Below, piece after piece: positions 9,899 to 20,239 of a DNA stretch of 64,000 bases. The position numbers were made by a program, and so were the translations under genes. Position 1 is the first letter of the stretch. The number at the start of each line of letters is the position of its first letter. The DNA is from Bacteroidota bacterium (lineage in GTDB: Bacteria > Bacteroidota > Ignavibacteria > UBA10030 > UBA6906), in NCBI GenBank assembly GCA_031402435.1, contig JANNSJ010000049.1, positions 3,133 through 67,132 of the forward strand, written 5' to 3'. The notes under the pieces were generated by a model, which saw only the letters and a list, made by a program, of their open reading frames with translations, searched no databases and was not told the origin of the DNA.

Positions 9899-12136
9899 AT
9901 GGAAGCGACGAAGATAAAGCATGAACCAATGGTCGACATCGACCTTGCTATGGAACATGGTTTGATAGAGGAAGAATACGGAATGATTCTGAAGATTCTT
10001 GGTCGAGTGCCAACGTACACTGAACTCGGAATCTTCAGCGTGATGTGGAGTGAACATTGCAGCTACAAAAATTCCATTGCTGTTCTCAAGACACTTCCCA
10101 GGAGTGGTGGCAGACTTCTCGTGGGGGCAGGCGAAGAGAATGCCGGTCTGGTAGACATCGGTGACGGTCTAGCGGTGGCGTTCAAAATTGAAAGTCATAA
10201 TCACCCTTCAGCAGTCGAGCCATATCAGGGAGCGGCAACGGGCGTTGGGGGAATCATGCGCGATATCTTCACAATGGGCGCCCGGCCGATAGCGGCATTG
10301 AACTCGTTGCGTTTCGGAACATTGGACAATGAGCGGACCAAACATTTGCTGAAAGGAGTTGTCAAAGGCATTGGGGACTATGGCAATAGTTTCGGGGTGC
10401 CTACAGTGGCGGGTGAAGTATATTTTGATGCGTGCTATCAGGAGAATCCGCTGGTCAATGCAATGTCCGTTGGAATTGTAAAGCACGGACAATGGGCAAG
10501 TGCGGTGGCGAAAGGCCCGGGGAATCCGGTCATGATTGTTGGATCGGCAACCGGCAGAGATGGCATTCATGGGGCAACGTTTGCATCTGAAGAAATTTCG
10601 GAGGAATCGGAGGCAAGACGGCCGTCAGTGCAAGTCGGTGACCCGTTTACTGAGAAACTTTTGTTGGAAGCTACTCTCGAAGCTATCCAATCTGGATTTG
10701 TGGTCGGCATTCAGGACATGGGCGCAGCGGGAATTACCTGTTCAACAACCGAGATGAGCGCCAAAGGTGGTTGCGGCATGAGGATTGATCTGGATAAAGT
10801 CCCGGCACGCGAGACAGGAATGACGGCATACGAGCTGATGCTCTCTGAGTCACAAGAACGGATGCTTGTCGTAGTACAGAAAGGTCACGAAGAAGAAGTC
10901 CAATCCATCTTCTCGAAATGGGATCTCCATGCGGCCATCATTGGTGAGGTGACAAAAGGAGACAGGGTCGTCGTCTCCTATCAGGGTGAAGTTGTTGCAG
11001 ATGTTCCAAGTAACAATCTCGTCCTTGGAGGTGGTGCTCCCGTGTACATACGTGAGGCCAAAGAACCCGAGTACTTGAAAACCACTCGAGCATTCGATCA
11101 AACCAACTTGCCAATGCCGGAGGACCTGGGGTCAGTGTTGCTGAGACTGCTTGCCTCACCAAACATTGCCAGCAAACGATGGGTCTATCAGCAATACGAC
11201 CACATGGTACGAACAAACAACGTCATCCTTGGAAGTGGTGATGCCGGCGTAATTCTTCTAAAGGAAAGTCACAGAGCACTCTCGCTAAAAACTGACTGCA
11301 ATGCCCGATACGTTTACCTCAACCCTTATAGAGGTGGAATGATTGCGGTCGCCGAGGCTGCAAGAAATGTTGTGTGTACTGGAGCAGAACCATTGGCGAT
11401 AACCAACTGTCTCAACTTTGGCAATCCATATAAACCTGAAGTGTACTGGCAATTCAGAGAGGCTGTACGCGGTGTCAAAGACGCCTGTTGTAGCCTCAAC
11501 ACTCCGGTTACTGGAGGTAATGTAAGCTTCTACAATGAAAGTCCAACAGCGGCTGTATATCCAACTCCCGTGATAGGGATGTTGGGCTTAATCGATGATT
11601 TATCACATGTTACAACGTCAGAGTTCAAAGATGTTGGAGATATAATCATATTGGCTGGAAAGATAGATGGTCATGTGGGCGCTTCTGAATACCTGGCAAC
11701 GATCCATGGAACCATTGCCGGCGACACACCAAACATTGATATCGAGTACGAGAAGAAGGTCCAACAAGCTTGCCTGACGGCAATTCGAGCTGGCTATGTC
11801 AAGTCAGCACATGACTGCTCCGATGGTGGTTTGGCAGTGGCGCTCGCCGAGTCATGTATTCTGAGCTCAAAACATTTGGGCGCTCGGATTCAATTGACGA
11901 AAAGTGCAACTCGACCTGACTTTCTGTTGTTTGGTGAGGATCAATCACGGATCATTCTCACGACCACCAGCATTCACTTTGATGTGTTGCTAGGTGTCTT
12001 TACAGAACAAGGCGTAGAAGCGATTACCATTGGAGTGGTAGGCGGAGAGAGCTTGGTTGTAGAGGGAATACTAAGCATCAACAGTGTTACATTGACTGCT
12101 GCGTACAACAAGTCAATAGAAGCGTTACTCCGATGA
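9899..12136 (+). CDS. purL: Phosphoribosylformylglycinamidine synthase subunit PurL
   Basis: N-terminus [42 protein letters not shown]-synthase-related repeats. The annotated start (Met at 9899) was chosen over the ORF track's 9860. Confidence 0.9.
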   Translation: MEATKIKHEPMVDIDLAMEHGLIEEEYGMILKILGRVPTYTELGIFSVMWSEHCSYKNSIAVLKTLPRSGGRLLVGAGEENAGLVDIGDGLAVAFKIESHNHPSAVEPYQGAATGVGGIMRDIFTMGARPIAALNSLRFGTLDNERTKHLLKGVVKGIGDYGNSFGVPTVAGEVYFDACYQENPLVNAMSVGIVKHGQWASAVAKGPGNPVMIVGSATGRDGIHGATFASEEISEESEARRPSVQVGDPFTEKLLLEATLEAIQSGFVVGIQDMGAAGITCSTTEMSAKGGCGMRIDLDKVPARETGMTAYELMLSESQERMLVVVQKGHEEEVQSIFSKWDLHAAIIGEVTKGDRVVVSYQGEVVADVPSNNLVLGGGAPVYIREAKEPEYLKTTRAFDQTNLPMPEDLGSVLLRLLASPNIASKRWVYQQYDHMVRTNNVILGSGDAGVILLKESHRALSLKTDCNARYVYLNPYRGGMIAVAEAARNVVCTGAEPLAITNCLNFGNPYKPEVYWQFREAVRGVKDACCSLNTPVTGGNVSFYNESPTAAVYPTPVIGMLGLIDDLSHVTTSEFKDVGDIIILAGKIDGHVGASEYLATIHGTIAGDTPNIDIEYEKKVQQACLTAIRAGYVKSAHDCSDGGLAVALAESCILSSKHLGARIQLTKSATRPDFLLFGEDQSRIILTTTSIHFDVLLGVFTEQGVEAITIGVVGGESLVVEGILSINSVTLTAAYNKSIEALLR

Positions 12137-12191
12137 CAGTTTACATAAGATGTATTATTTGTTCTAACCGTATTGAATAAGTCCGGAATAT

Positions 12192-12425
12192 CTACTCTGA
12201 CCAACGGTCGGCCCTTCGCCTCTTGGTGCTCAATAAAAACGCCAACCCACCGACTGCAATAATCCCGATTGCAAGAACTGTCATTCGATCCTCGAACACT
12301 GGAAAGTTCACACCCTTTTCAATCGGCTGAGTCTGTATTGCATTTGCCCGCTTAAGTGAATCTTGAGCAATCCCAGCACTCAAGTTTAGGAAAAGGATCA
12401 ACAGTAAACCCACTCTTTTCACCAC
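12192..12425 (-). CDS. Small hypothetical membrane-anchored protein directly downstream of petB
   Basis: 77 aa. N-terminal signal-like segment and a C-terminal TM helix followed by KRRRAD. 11-nt gap to the cytochrome b stop. Confidence 0.4.
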   Translation of the reverse strand: MVKRVGLLLILFLNLSAGIAQDSLKRANAIQTQPIEKGVNFPVFEDRMTVLAIGIIAVGGLAFLLSTKRRRADRWSE

Positions 12426-12436
12426 TGATTGAACTC

Positions 12437-13513
12437 CTATGTTGTGGACGCAAGAATGATCATTGCAACCAGATACAGAATCAACAAAATTCCAATAGCA
12501 GTGAATATCGAACTTTTTTGTTCTTTCCTGGACCTGAAATCAACAAATGGGATCATCAACCATAACAATGAAGCAAGTCCAACTACACCGTTGACAAGCA
12601 ACTCACCATTGATGCCAACTACACTGGACGGGACAATCCTGAGCGTTTGATACAAAGGCAAAAAATACCATTCAGGTTTGATACCAACCGGGGCAGACGC
12701 CAACGGATCAGCTTTGTCGCCTATGCTCCATGGATACATGGTGGCGAGAGTCAACAGTGCAATAAATCCCAGACACCATGAAATCAAATCACGATAAAGA
12801 AAGTTTGGAAAGAAAGTCAACGGCTTCCTTGCCTCCTTAATCCCAACTGGAATACTTGATCCTAGAACCTGATTAAGAATAACGTGTAAACTTATTATTA
12901 CAATAGTGAGTAAAGGTAAAATGATAATGTGAATTGAATACATCCTCGTTAGGGTCTCAGCACCGATCTCCTCGCCACCTTTTAATAGCCCAACCCCGTA
13001 GCTTCCGATCAATGGCATTGTCTTCGGAACTTCCGTTCCGATGAGTGTGGCAAAGTATGCCATGGTATCCCATGGGAGCAAATAGCCAGTGAAGCCAAAC
13101 CCAAGAACGAGAAACAGCAGCAACACACCGGTCACCCACATGAGCTCTCTGGGTTTTCTATACGCTTTCATCAGGAACGCGCTGAACATGTGAATGAACA
13201 ACATTGCAATCATCAGATTTGCTGACCACGAGTGAAGTGATCTGATGAGCCAGCCGTATTCAACCTGCGTAATGATGAGCTTGACGCTTTCGTAAGCGTG
13301 TTCAGGTGTAGGCTTATAATATAGGGACAAAAGAATCCCAGTGACAAGCTGAACCACAAAGAAAAACAAAGTAAGTCCGCCAAAGTAATACCACATCGAA
13401 TGCTTATGTTGCGGGACGGTCTTCTTGGAAAGGTATTCCTTCACGGCATCCAGTGGAAGTCGTTCGTTGAGCCAGACATACACTTTGGCAGAATATCCGG
13501 AAGGTAAATTCAT
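12437..13513 (-). CDS. petB: Cytochrome b subunit of the menaquinol:cytochrome c reductase (fused b6/subunit-IV type)
   Basis: 358 aa. Heme-ligand helices, PEWY motif (GIKPEWYFLPLYQ). Confidence 0.9.
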   Translation of the reverse strand: MNLPSGYSAKVYVWLNERLPLDAVKEYLSKKTVPQHKHSMWYYFGGLTLFFFVVQLVTGILLSLYYKPTPEHAYESVKLIITQVEYGWLIRSLHSWSANLMIAMLFIHMFSAFLMKAYRKPRELMWVTGVLLLFLVLGFGFTGYLLPWDTMAYFATLIGTEVPKTMPLIGSYGVGLLKGGEEIGAETLTRMYSIHIIILPLLTIVIISLHVILNQVLGSSIPVGIKEARKPLTFFPNFLYRDLISWCLGFIALLTLATMYPWSIGDKADPLASAPVGIKPEWYFLPLYQTLRIVPSSVVGINGELLVNGVVGLASLLWLMIPFVDFRSRKEQKSSIFTAIGILLILYLVAMIILASTT

Positions 13514-13520
13514 GCGAGGT

Positions 13521-13979
13521 TTATACCTTGGTTACGAGAACGGATGATTCCTCGATTGTTACCTTGAGTGGCAACAGAGGTCTGGGCGCAGGACCGGCAA
13601 TGTTCTTTCCGTTCATATCAAATTGGCTGCCGTGACAGTTGCAATCAAAATGTGGAAGGCCCTCATCTCCTTTGAATTGCACAACACATCCAAGGTGAGT
13701 GCATCGGGCAGAAAATGCTTTGAACTGTCCTCCCATCGTGTGAACAATAATTACCGGATCTTTGTTGAACCGAACAATCTTTGCAGAGTTTTCTGCAATG
13801 TCAGAGACCATCGCAACCTTCATTGTTTCCCGAACAATGTCAGAGTCCTTGACAGGCGATAGGAATTTCGTGACCACAGTTCCGAAAGGCACCACCGTCA
13901 ATACGCCCCACACCTTTATGAGGGCCGATAGAAAATCTCTTCGTGTTGCCGGCATTTGTTCGTCGCGCTTAGCCATCAA
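13521..13979 (-). CDS. petC: Rieske [2Fe-2S] iron-sulfur protein
   Basis: CTHLGCV ... CNCHGSQF Rieske boxes. Twin-arginine-like N-terminus (TRRDFL). Confidence 0.9.
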   Translation of the reverse strand: MMAKRDEQMPATRRDFLSALIKVWGVLTVVPFGTVVTKFLSPVKDSDIVRETMKVAMVSDIAENSAKIVRFNKDPVIIVHTMGGQFKAFSARCTHLGCVVQFKGDEGLPHFDCNCHGSQFDMNGKNIAGPAPRPLLPLKVTIEESSVLVTKV

Positions 13980-14888
13980 TCATCCTACTATCACTGCCAG
14001 GGCTTTCGAAAGCACATCAATCTGTAACATCGTGATATCCGTTCCCAATATTTCTCCGTCAGCGTGAACGCACACGCCACTGCTTGCCACAATAAGAATA
14101 CTTCTGCCTTTTTCAAACTTGACGTGAGAACTGGTTCGGTGACTCCCTTTCATGACGGCAGGCATCACGGCAAGAATCCTCGGTATTGAGAGTTCTTCGA
14201 TCAAACAAACATCAAGCTCTCCGTCATCCGCCTTCGCCTCGGGGGTCAGATAAAACCCACCACCAGCACACACACCATTACCCACGGCTATGAGCAAGTA
14301 CTTTGAATTTGTTTTCCGGCCATCGATGGATACTGAGAAATCCGGAGACCTGTAACGCCCCAGCGTTTGAAACACGGCCAGGAGATACACTAGTGTTCCC
14401 GACACGTATGAAATATGTCTTGCTCTTTCTGCAACAGCTGCGTCAAAGCCGACACCTAACCCATTAACAAAGAACGAAGGTGAAGAGTTGCCCCAATTGG
14501 GACTTTCATTTCTACGAACATCCACCCTGCCAACATCGATAAGAGAAGTCTTGCCTAGAAACAAACATGACACTGATTGTTCCAAGTCCTTTGGTAAACC
14601 TATAGACTTGATAAAATCGTTTCCGGAACCAATTGGAATAACACCAAGTGTTTTCTCGGTTCCGATAATGCCATTCGCTACTTCGTGAACAGTCCCATCG
14701 CCCCCTACAGCGACGACAATCTCAGATGAAGAATGCTTCGCCAATTCAGTAGCATCGCCCTGCCGGGTCGTCTCAACAAACTCGAAATCCGACGTTCTGG
14801 ATTTGATGGCCCGGTAGATATTCTCTTTGAGCTTTCCACCGGAGCCTTTGCCTGCGTTGGGATTGAGAATGAATGTAAATCGGCTCAA
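13980..14888 (-). CDS. Diacylglycerol/lipid kinase family protein (YegS/BmrU-like)
   Basis: FILNPNAGKG ... VAVGGDGTVHEVANG. Confidence 0.8.
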   Translation of the reverse strand: MSRFTFILNPNAGKGSGGKLKENIYRAIKSRTSDFEFVETTRQGDATELAKHSSSEIVVAVGGDGTVHEVANGIIGTEKTLGVIPIGSGNDFIKSIGLPKDLEQSVSCLFLGKTSLIDVGRVDVRRNESPNWGNSSPSFFVNGLGVGFDAAVAERARHISYVSGTLVYLLAVFQTLGRYRSPDFSVSIDGRKTNSKYLLIAVGNGVCAGGGFYLTPEAKADDGELDVCLIEELSIPRILAVMPAVMKGSHRTSSHVKFEKGRSILIVASSGVCVHADGEILGTDITMLQIDVLSKALAVIVG

Positions 14889-15745
14889 GATCTGCTACTA
14901 TCCATGAGATCTACGATTGTCTTTGTCGTATCGTTATACAGCAGCTTGCCGGTAAAGATCATATGAGCGCTTCCTTCAAGGGTTGGAGATGTTATTTTCC
15001 CCCCACTCGATGTAGCGCTTACCTTCAACAACTCTCCACTCCGGACGTGAATGGAAATCGGGAATGTCAATCCTCGCAACTGATGTGAAACGATCCCAGC
15101 CGCAACCGAGCCAGTACCACACGCGAGTGTCTCTGCTTCAACACCGCGCTCATACGTACGCAGTCGTATGCTGTCGTTGCCCGTGATCTGGACAAAGTTT
15201 GCATTTGTACCTTCAGGGGAAAAGGCCGGAGCAAAACGGATTGATCTGCCTACACGATCGACCTCAACTGTTTCCACGTCATCGACAAACTCAACGAAAT
15301 GGGGAGAACCGGTATTGATGAAAAAGCCATGATGAACCTCTTGTCCAACGTCAACTTCAACGTTGCGTTTGAGATCAAGCGGTTCTGTCATTCTCAAGCT
15401 GACCGCATTCGGAAGAATCTGCGCCTGGTAAATGAAATCCAATGCCTCAAAGGACATGGCGCGTGGCGCTATCCCATTCACAAAAGCATAACGCGCTATA
15501 CACCGCCCGCCATTTCCACACATTCCCCCATAACTTCCATCGGAGTTATAATACTGCATCGTAAAGTCGGCACGGAGGCTCTGCTGCAGCAACAGAAGGC
15601 CATCTGCGCCGACGCCAAAATAACGGGAGCATATTCGCCTGGCAAACTCGGACTTGTCAACAGGAAGGACATTATTCATGTCGTCGACAATGACGAAATC
15701 ATTGCCAGCCCCGGAGGTTTTTGTAAAAACAACTTCGTGGATCAT
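14885..15745 (-). CDS. dapF: Diaminopimelate epimerase
   Basis: FTKTSGAGNDFVIVD N-terminus, two catalytic Cys regions (GNGGRC, ACGTGS). Probable start at MIHEVVF. Confidence 0.85.
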   Translation of the reverse strand: MIHEVVFTKTSGAGNDFVIVDDMNNVLPVDKSEFARRICSRYFGVGADGLLLLQQSLRADFTMQYYNSDGSYGGMCGNGGRCIARYAFVNGIAPRAMSFEALDFIYQAQILPNAVSLRMTEPLDLKRNVEVDVGQEVHHGFFINTGSPHFVEFVDDVETVEVDRVGRSIRFAPAFSPEGTNANFVQITGNDSIRLRTYERGVEAETLACGTGSVAAGIVSHQLRGLTFPISIHVRSGELLKVSATSSGGKITSPTLEGSAHMIFTGKLLYNDTTKTIVDLMDSSRS

Positions 15746-15835
15746 AGCCTGTAGATAGCAAGTTTCTTTGTAACTATCAAGGTTATCACATCCCAAAAAC
15801 AAGAAAGCTCTCGAACCGACCCGAGAGCTTTCGTT

Positions 15836-16210
15836 GTGGAGATGGCGGGAGTCGAACCCGCGTCCGAAGAGAGAACCATCAAAGCCACTACATACATAGT
15901 CTGTCTTTTGAGCTTCACTCCGCTATATCCAACAGACAGGACAACCGCAGAGCAACCCCAATCTTCCCGTTGCCGGGTTCAGAACACGCTGTCGGGGAGC
16001 GCATGTTCCTAGCCTGCCTGAAGTCGGCGCCCCTTTGAGACCCAGCAGGCGAGATCTCTCGAGACGGGCTAGTTAACTATTCTATTAGTTAAGCAGCCAG
16101 TGCGTAGTTGTAGTCTGCACTTAGTGTTTTTCCGTTTTATTAACGTGCAACTCGGAGAGCACGGTATGCGTCTCAGACCATCCCTTCCCCGTCGAATCCA
16201 AGTCATCCCC
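15836..16210 (-). ncRNA. ssrA: tmRNA (ssrA), one-piece
   Basis: Minus strand reads 5'-GGGGATGACTTGGATTCGACGGGGAAGGGATGG... and 3'-...GGACGCGGGTTCGACTCCCGCCATCTCCA (tRNA-like T-arm and acceptor). The internal tag reading frame ends ...GCAGACTACAACTACGCACTGGCTGCTTAA (ADYNYALAA*). Confidence 0.9.
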
Positions 16211-16259
16211 TCACATTCAATCTAATGAACTTGTGGTGCATATTCAACTCAACACCCTT

Positions 16260-17126
16260 CTACTCAGTAGGGTAGTTCATCATGAGTGATTTTTTCAAGT
16301 ATTCAAAGGCCTCCTTGGGTGAATCAAGGAATTTGAACAATTTCAAATCACTTCTGGCAACAACGCCATGGGCAACCATCTGCTCCCAATCAATGATCTT
16401 ATTCCAATATTCTGATCCGTAGATTACCACAGTCATTTTCTTTTTGATCTTTTCTGTCTGAAGCAACGTAAGTATTTCCATCAACTCGTCCAGCGTGCCA
16501 AACCCGCCCGGGAACACCACCAACGCCTTTGCAAGGTATGCAAACCAGAATTTCCTTAGAAAGAAGTAGTGAAACTCCAGGCTAAGACCCTTTGTGATAT
16601 AGCGATTGGCAAATTGCTCGAATGGAAGACTTATGTTCATCCCAATCGACTTGCCTTTGGCTTTAAAAGCGCCCTTATTCGCCGCTTCCATAATACCCGG
16701 ACCGCCACCCGAGCAAACAATGAATCTGTTCGATTGCTTCAAAGTCTTGGACCATTCAGTAAGCAGTCTGGCAAGCTCTACCGTGTCCTCATAGTATTTC
16801 GACATTGAGAGCGCCACCTTTGCATCATGCAGCTTCCGCGTGTGCAATGGCGATGGCTTCCTGGAACTTCGGATCGTTGCCTCAATCTGTTTGAAATTGA
16901 GGCGAGCCTCTGTTTTGGACTTGATACGAGCCGATCCAAAGAAGACTATTGTATCCTTGACCCGATGCCGGCGAAACCGGTGCTGGGGTTCGAGGAACTC
17001 GCTGAGTATTCGAACAACCCTGCCATCGGGACTGGTTAGAAACTCAACGTTCTTATATGACCTTATGGGCTTTTCAATTTTCTTCATAAGCATTGTATTA
17101 AGATGAGAATGAATACCCTTAATCAC
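16260..17126 (-). CDS. LOG-family protein (TIGR00730; nucleotide 5'-monophosphate nucleosidase/PpnN-like)
   Basis: GGGPGIMEAANKGA and PGGFGTLDELMEILT motifs. Confidence 0.8.
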   Translation of the reverse strand: MIKGIHSHLNTMLMKKIEKPIRSYKNVEFLTSPDGRVVRILSEFLEPQHRFRRHRVKDTIVFFGSARIKSKTEARLNFKQIEATIRSSRKPSPLHTRKLHDAKVALSMSKYYEDTVELARLLTEWSKTLKQSNRFIVCSGGGPGIMEAANKGAFKAKGKSIGMNISLPFEQFANRYITKGLSLEFHYFFLRKFWFAYLAKALVVFPGGFGTLDELMEILTLLQTEKIKKKMTVVIYGSEYWNKIIDWEQMVAHGVVARSDLKLFKFLDSPKEAFEYLKKSLMMNYPTE

Positions 17127-17974
17127 AGTAGTCCATAGTACTTATCAATTGTCCTATCGACTTGAATACCCGGCATGATAATGCCTCTGCTCTTGAGATG
17201 TCCCAACGCCCTGAAGATCTCCTGCTTTTCCCATTTGAAGAGCTTTTGTATGGATGCGACAGTTCCGACAAGCTGGTTCTCAAAATATTTATGCAGGATC
17301 TTTTCCCTTGCGTGGTCCTCCGAGATTTTGCGCGCCCGTAGCGTTTCCTTTGGAAATCGGCGGAGAACAATGTCCCACTCAAATGAAAACGGGTCGTAAT
17401 GCTCCGCAACCTTAACAATAAACATTTTCCTCTGCAACTCTGCAATGGCCTTATCGAACTCCTTCCTGTCTGATTTGGTGTGCAGACCGGATGCGAGTTT
17501 AAGACCTTTTGTAATTTGAGGTGAGCTATCAGAGAGGGCATCCATGATCGATTTTGCCGCCGGTGATAATTTGCCTCCTGTAAATTCTCGAACATATTCG
17601 TCTGTCGAGCCGCTTCGGTGAGACAACGCGTAAAAATATGGAAAGTACTCCATCGACACCATGGTGGGGCGACTTTTCAGTAACTTGCCATAGTAGATTT
17701 TCTTTTCCGCGGGAAGAATGTTTTTCATCTCCCATACGAAACTAATATGTGGGTCATGATGCGTGTGCCGTGGCATCAAGGGGTTTCTTTGTCCGGTGGC
17801 AGCATGCCAAAGGCATGGAGACTCAGAATTTTCGGCTTTGAATGCAAAACAAAAGCCGACATGGTTGACAAACTTGAGCGCTCCTTGCTTTGTTTTTACG
17901 GCCAGGTGTCTTGTTCGATGGTGAACCTTGTCGCGCCAAGCTTCAACCTCTTCGTGAGTATATGACAATTTCAT
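17123..17974 (-). CDS. Hypothetical protein (possibly winged-helix, YcaQ/AlkZ-like; unassigned)
   Basis: 283-aa ORF with good coding character. Translationally coupled to the LOG gene by a 4-nt overlap. No motif I can assign with certainty. Confidence 0.5.
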   Translation of the reverse strand: MKLSYTHEEVEAWRDKVHHRTRHLAVKTKQGALKFVNHVGFCFAFKAENSESPCLWHAATGQRNPLMPRHTHHDPHISFVWEMKNILPAEKKIYYGKLLKSRPTMVSMEYFPYFYALSHRSGSTDEYVREFTGGKLSPAAKSIMDALSDSSPQITKGLKLASGLHTKSDRKEFDKAIAELQRKMFIVKVAEHYDPFSFEWDIVLRRFPKETLRARKISEDHAREKILHKYFENQLVGTVASIQKLFKWEKQEIFRALGHLKSRGIIMPGIQVDRTIDKYYGLL

Positions 17975-19011
17975 TATGCTCCCAAATCAAATGAGCTTAC
18001 TACGACACCTTTGGCGCTAAAGGATTCACCTTGGACCTCAACCATATCGCCTACAGCTACTTTGTCTTTCTTTGCGACACCAAGTGCTGCGTATTCTCCC
18101 TTGTAAGGAATACCAGCAACACTAGTCAGAAGGCCTACCTGTTCCGAGTTGTAGAGTATCGGAGTCAAGATGTTTGATGTTGGCGTGTAACGATCGAGGC
18201 TTATCCCCACCAGTCTGCGTTGAACTTTTTGGTATGTATCCAGCCGGGCAATTACTTCTTGTCCAATGTAGCAACCTTTTGTGAAGCTAATGGCATGCCT
18301 GAGGTTGACTTCATACGGGTTGAATGATTCAATCAATTCTGTGGTTTCGCGTGGAATGCCGTGAATAATCCGGTAGGATTCGCTGGCTGGTTGGCTTATC
18401 ATCCTCAAGTTCACCCCTTCTGTTGGGGTGAATCCTTCTCTTATCTGTTGATCATACGCGGCTGGCAGAATGATGTTGATCGAATCGGTTTCAAACTCAA
18501 ATCTGTGTTCTATGAAACCACCGACACCTTCGAACACAAGTTCACAAATCTCGTTTGACGGAGGTACCGGGAACATTGACCTGGCAGTCGCCACTGCTTC
18601 GGGACCGACAATAGAATACACTACAAGATCAGAGGTTATGATCTGAAGTTGAATGTCTTCCATGATTGTATATCTATCGATCCAATCCTTTAACGTACTC
18701 TCTTGGGCCGGGGAAGTAATCAAGAGTAACGAGGTGGGAAAAACAAGGACTCGGACGTAGTCGACAATGCGTCCCTTGTCGGTTGTGAATACTGTACCTA
18801 TCGAAGAATGAATTTTCAGATGGAGAATATCATTCGTTGAGAGCCGATGGAGCAGGTCCAATCTGTCTGCTCCAGTTACACGAATTTTTCCCACTGATGA
18901 CTGGTCGATCACTACAGCATCAGTCAGCGCTGCGCTGACATCAGTACTTGATTCAGCATTAGCTGGCAAATGAGAAATGTGTTCCGTCTTGTCCACCTGG
19001 CAATCTGCCAA
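17974..19011 (-). CDS. ygfZ: Folate-binding protein YgfZ-like (GcvT-fold)
   Basis: KGCYIGQE signature motif near the C-terminus. Confidence 0.75.
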   Translation of the reverse strand: MADCQVDKTEHISHLPANAESSTDVSAALTDAVVIDQSSVGKIRVTGADRLDLLHRLSTNDILHLKIHSSIGTVFTTDKGRIVDYVRVLVFPTSLLLITSPAQESTLKDWIDRYTIMEDIQLQIITSDLVVYSIVGPEAVATARSMFPVPPSNEICELVFEGVGGFIEHRFEFETDSINIILPAAYDQQIREGFTPTEGVNLRMISQPASESYRIIHGIPRETTELIESFNPYEVNLRHAISFTKGCYIGQEVIARLDTYQKVQRRLVGISLDRYTPTSNILTPILYNSEQVGLLTSVAGIPYKGEYAALGVAKKDKVAVGDMVEVQGESFSAKGVVVSSFDLGA

Positions 19012-19061
19012 TTAGATAAAAAAAGTAATGCCCAGGAAGTTACCCGGGCATTGATTAGCTT

Positions 19062-19134
19062 GTGCACCCACCAGGACTCGAACCTGGAACCCACTGATTA
19101 AGAGTCAGTTGCTCTACCAATTGAGCCATGGGTG
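19062..19134 (-). tRNA. tRNA-Lys (anticodon CUU)
   Basis: Minus strand: gcaccca acceptor, D-arm tggctcaattggtagagca, anticodon stem actga/tcagt with loop cuCUUaa, T-arm ccaggttcgagtcctgg, 3' acceptor tgggtgc. Confidence 0.85.
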
Positions 19135-19151
19135 CGCGAGTACGCTCTCTC

Positions 19152-19505
19152 CTACTTCCCACCAGGTGTGGGCGTTGGTTCTGGAGACTGAGCAGGTGGC
19201 AATTGGGGGGCACTACTTTGCTGTTGCTGAGTGGAGCCTTGGCCTTGTATTACGCTCTCACCGGCGCTACCTCCTCTTGGCAAAAATGCAATGTTGATAA
19301 GCAAAGCTAGAACGCCAAAAACGACTGCCAGGATTTGCGTTGTGCGTGTCAGAAAGTCGGTTGTACGACGTACGCCGAACATCATCCCAACCTGTCCGCC
19401 ACCAAAAGTGCCTGCCAATCCGCCGCCCTTGCTTGATTGCATCAAGATCGCCACGATCAACAAAAAGCTGACAACAATCTCAACAATAATTAGAAACCAG
19501 AACAT
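19152..19505 (-). CDS. secG: Preprotein translocase subunit SecG
   Basis: Two TM segments with a Gly-rich linker (LMQSSKGGGLAGTFGGG). Confidence 0.8.
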   Translation of the reverse strand: MFWFLIIVEIVVSFLLIVAILMQSSKGGGLAGTFGGGQVGMMFGVRRTTDFLTRTTQILAVVFGVLALLINIAFLPRGGSAGESVIQGQGSTQQQQSSAPQLPPAQSPEPTPTPGGK

Positions 19506-19582
19506 TGCTCTATCCTTCGGTTAGTTGACTCAGAATCGTATGTCAAAATACGAATTTTTGTTTGACAAATCAAGCAGACAAG

Positions 19583-20233
19583 TTAAACATCGTAACCCCA
19601 CGTTTTGAGTTGTTCACGCGAGATCGCTTGCCCGGTAGGGACACCCCCCAACCTTACCAATCTCTCAACATATTTTCCAATCATATCAAATTCCAGATTC
19701 ACCCGTGTTTTTGTTGCGTATGATGAGAAGACTGTATTCTCCATCGTATGCGGGATGATGGAGGTAGAAACCAGGTTTCTCTCAATCGAAGCTACAGTGA
19801 GACTCACTCCGTCAATTGCAATGGAACCCACGGAAATCACGTAGCGTTCAAACTCATCTGGAATTAAAAGTTTAAAAAGCCAACTCGTTTCCAAGGGCTC
19901 GATGGATTCTACATGACCTACACAGTCTACATGGCCGGAAACCAGGTGACCACCAAGACGGTCTCCAAGCTGCATTGCTAGCTCCAGGTTGACACGGTGT
20001 GCTCCCTTCAAATCGCCAAGTGTTGTCTTGAGCAGCGTTTCTTCCACGGCGATGACTGAAAATCGATTGCCGCCTTTGTGGACGACAGTCTGGCACACAC
20101 CGTTGATTGACACGCTGTCGTTTACAGAAAGTTGCCGTGCGCTTTGGGGAGCTTCTACCGTAAGTTTTACACCACCACCGATCTTCTGCACATCATAAAC
20201 ACTCCCAACTTCCTGTACAATGCCCGTGAACAC
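19583..20233 (-). CDS. ribE: Riboflavin synthase alpha subunit
   Basis: MFTGIVQEVG N-terminus, duplicated lumazine-binding halves. Confidence 0.9.
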   Translation of the reverse strand: MFTGIVQEVGSVYDVQKIGGGVKLTVEAPQSARQLSVNDSVSINGVCQTVVHKGGNRFSVIAVEETLLKTTLGDLKGAHRVNLELAMQLGDRLGGHLVSGHVDCVGHVESIEPLETSWLFKLLIPDEFERYVISVGSIAIDGVSLTVASIERNLVSTSIIPHTMENTVFSSYATKTRVNLEFDMIGKYVERLVRLGGVPTGQAISREQLKTWGYDV

Positions 20234-20239
20234 TTTAGG

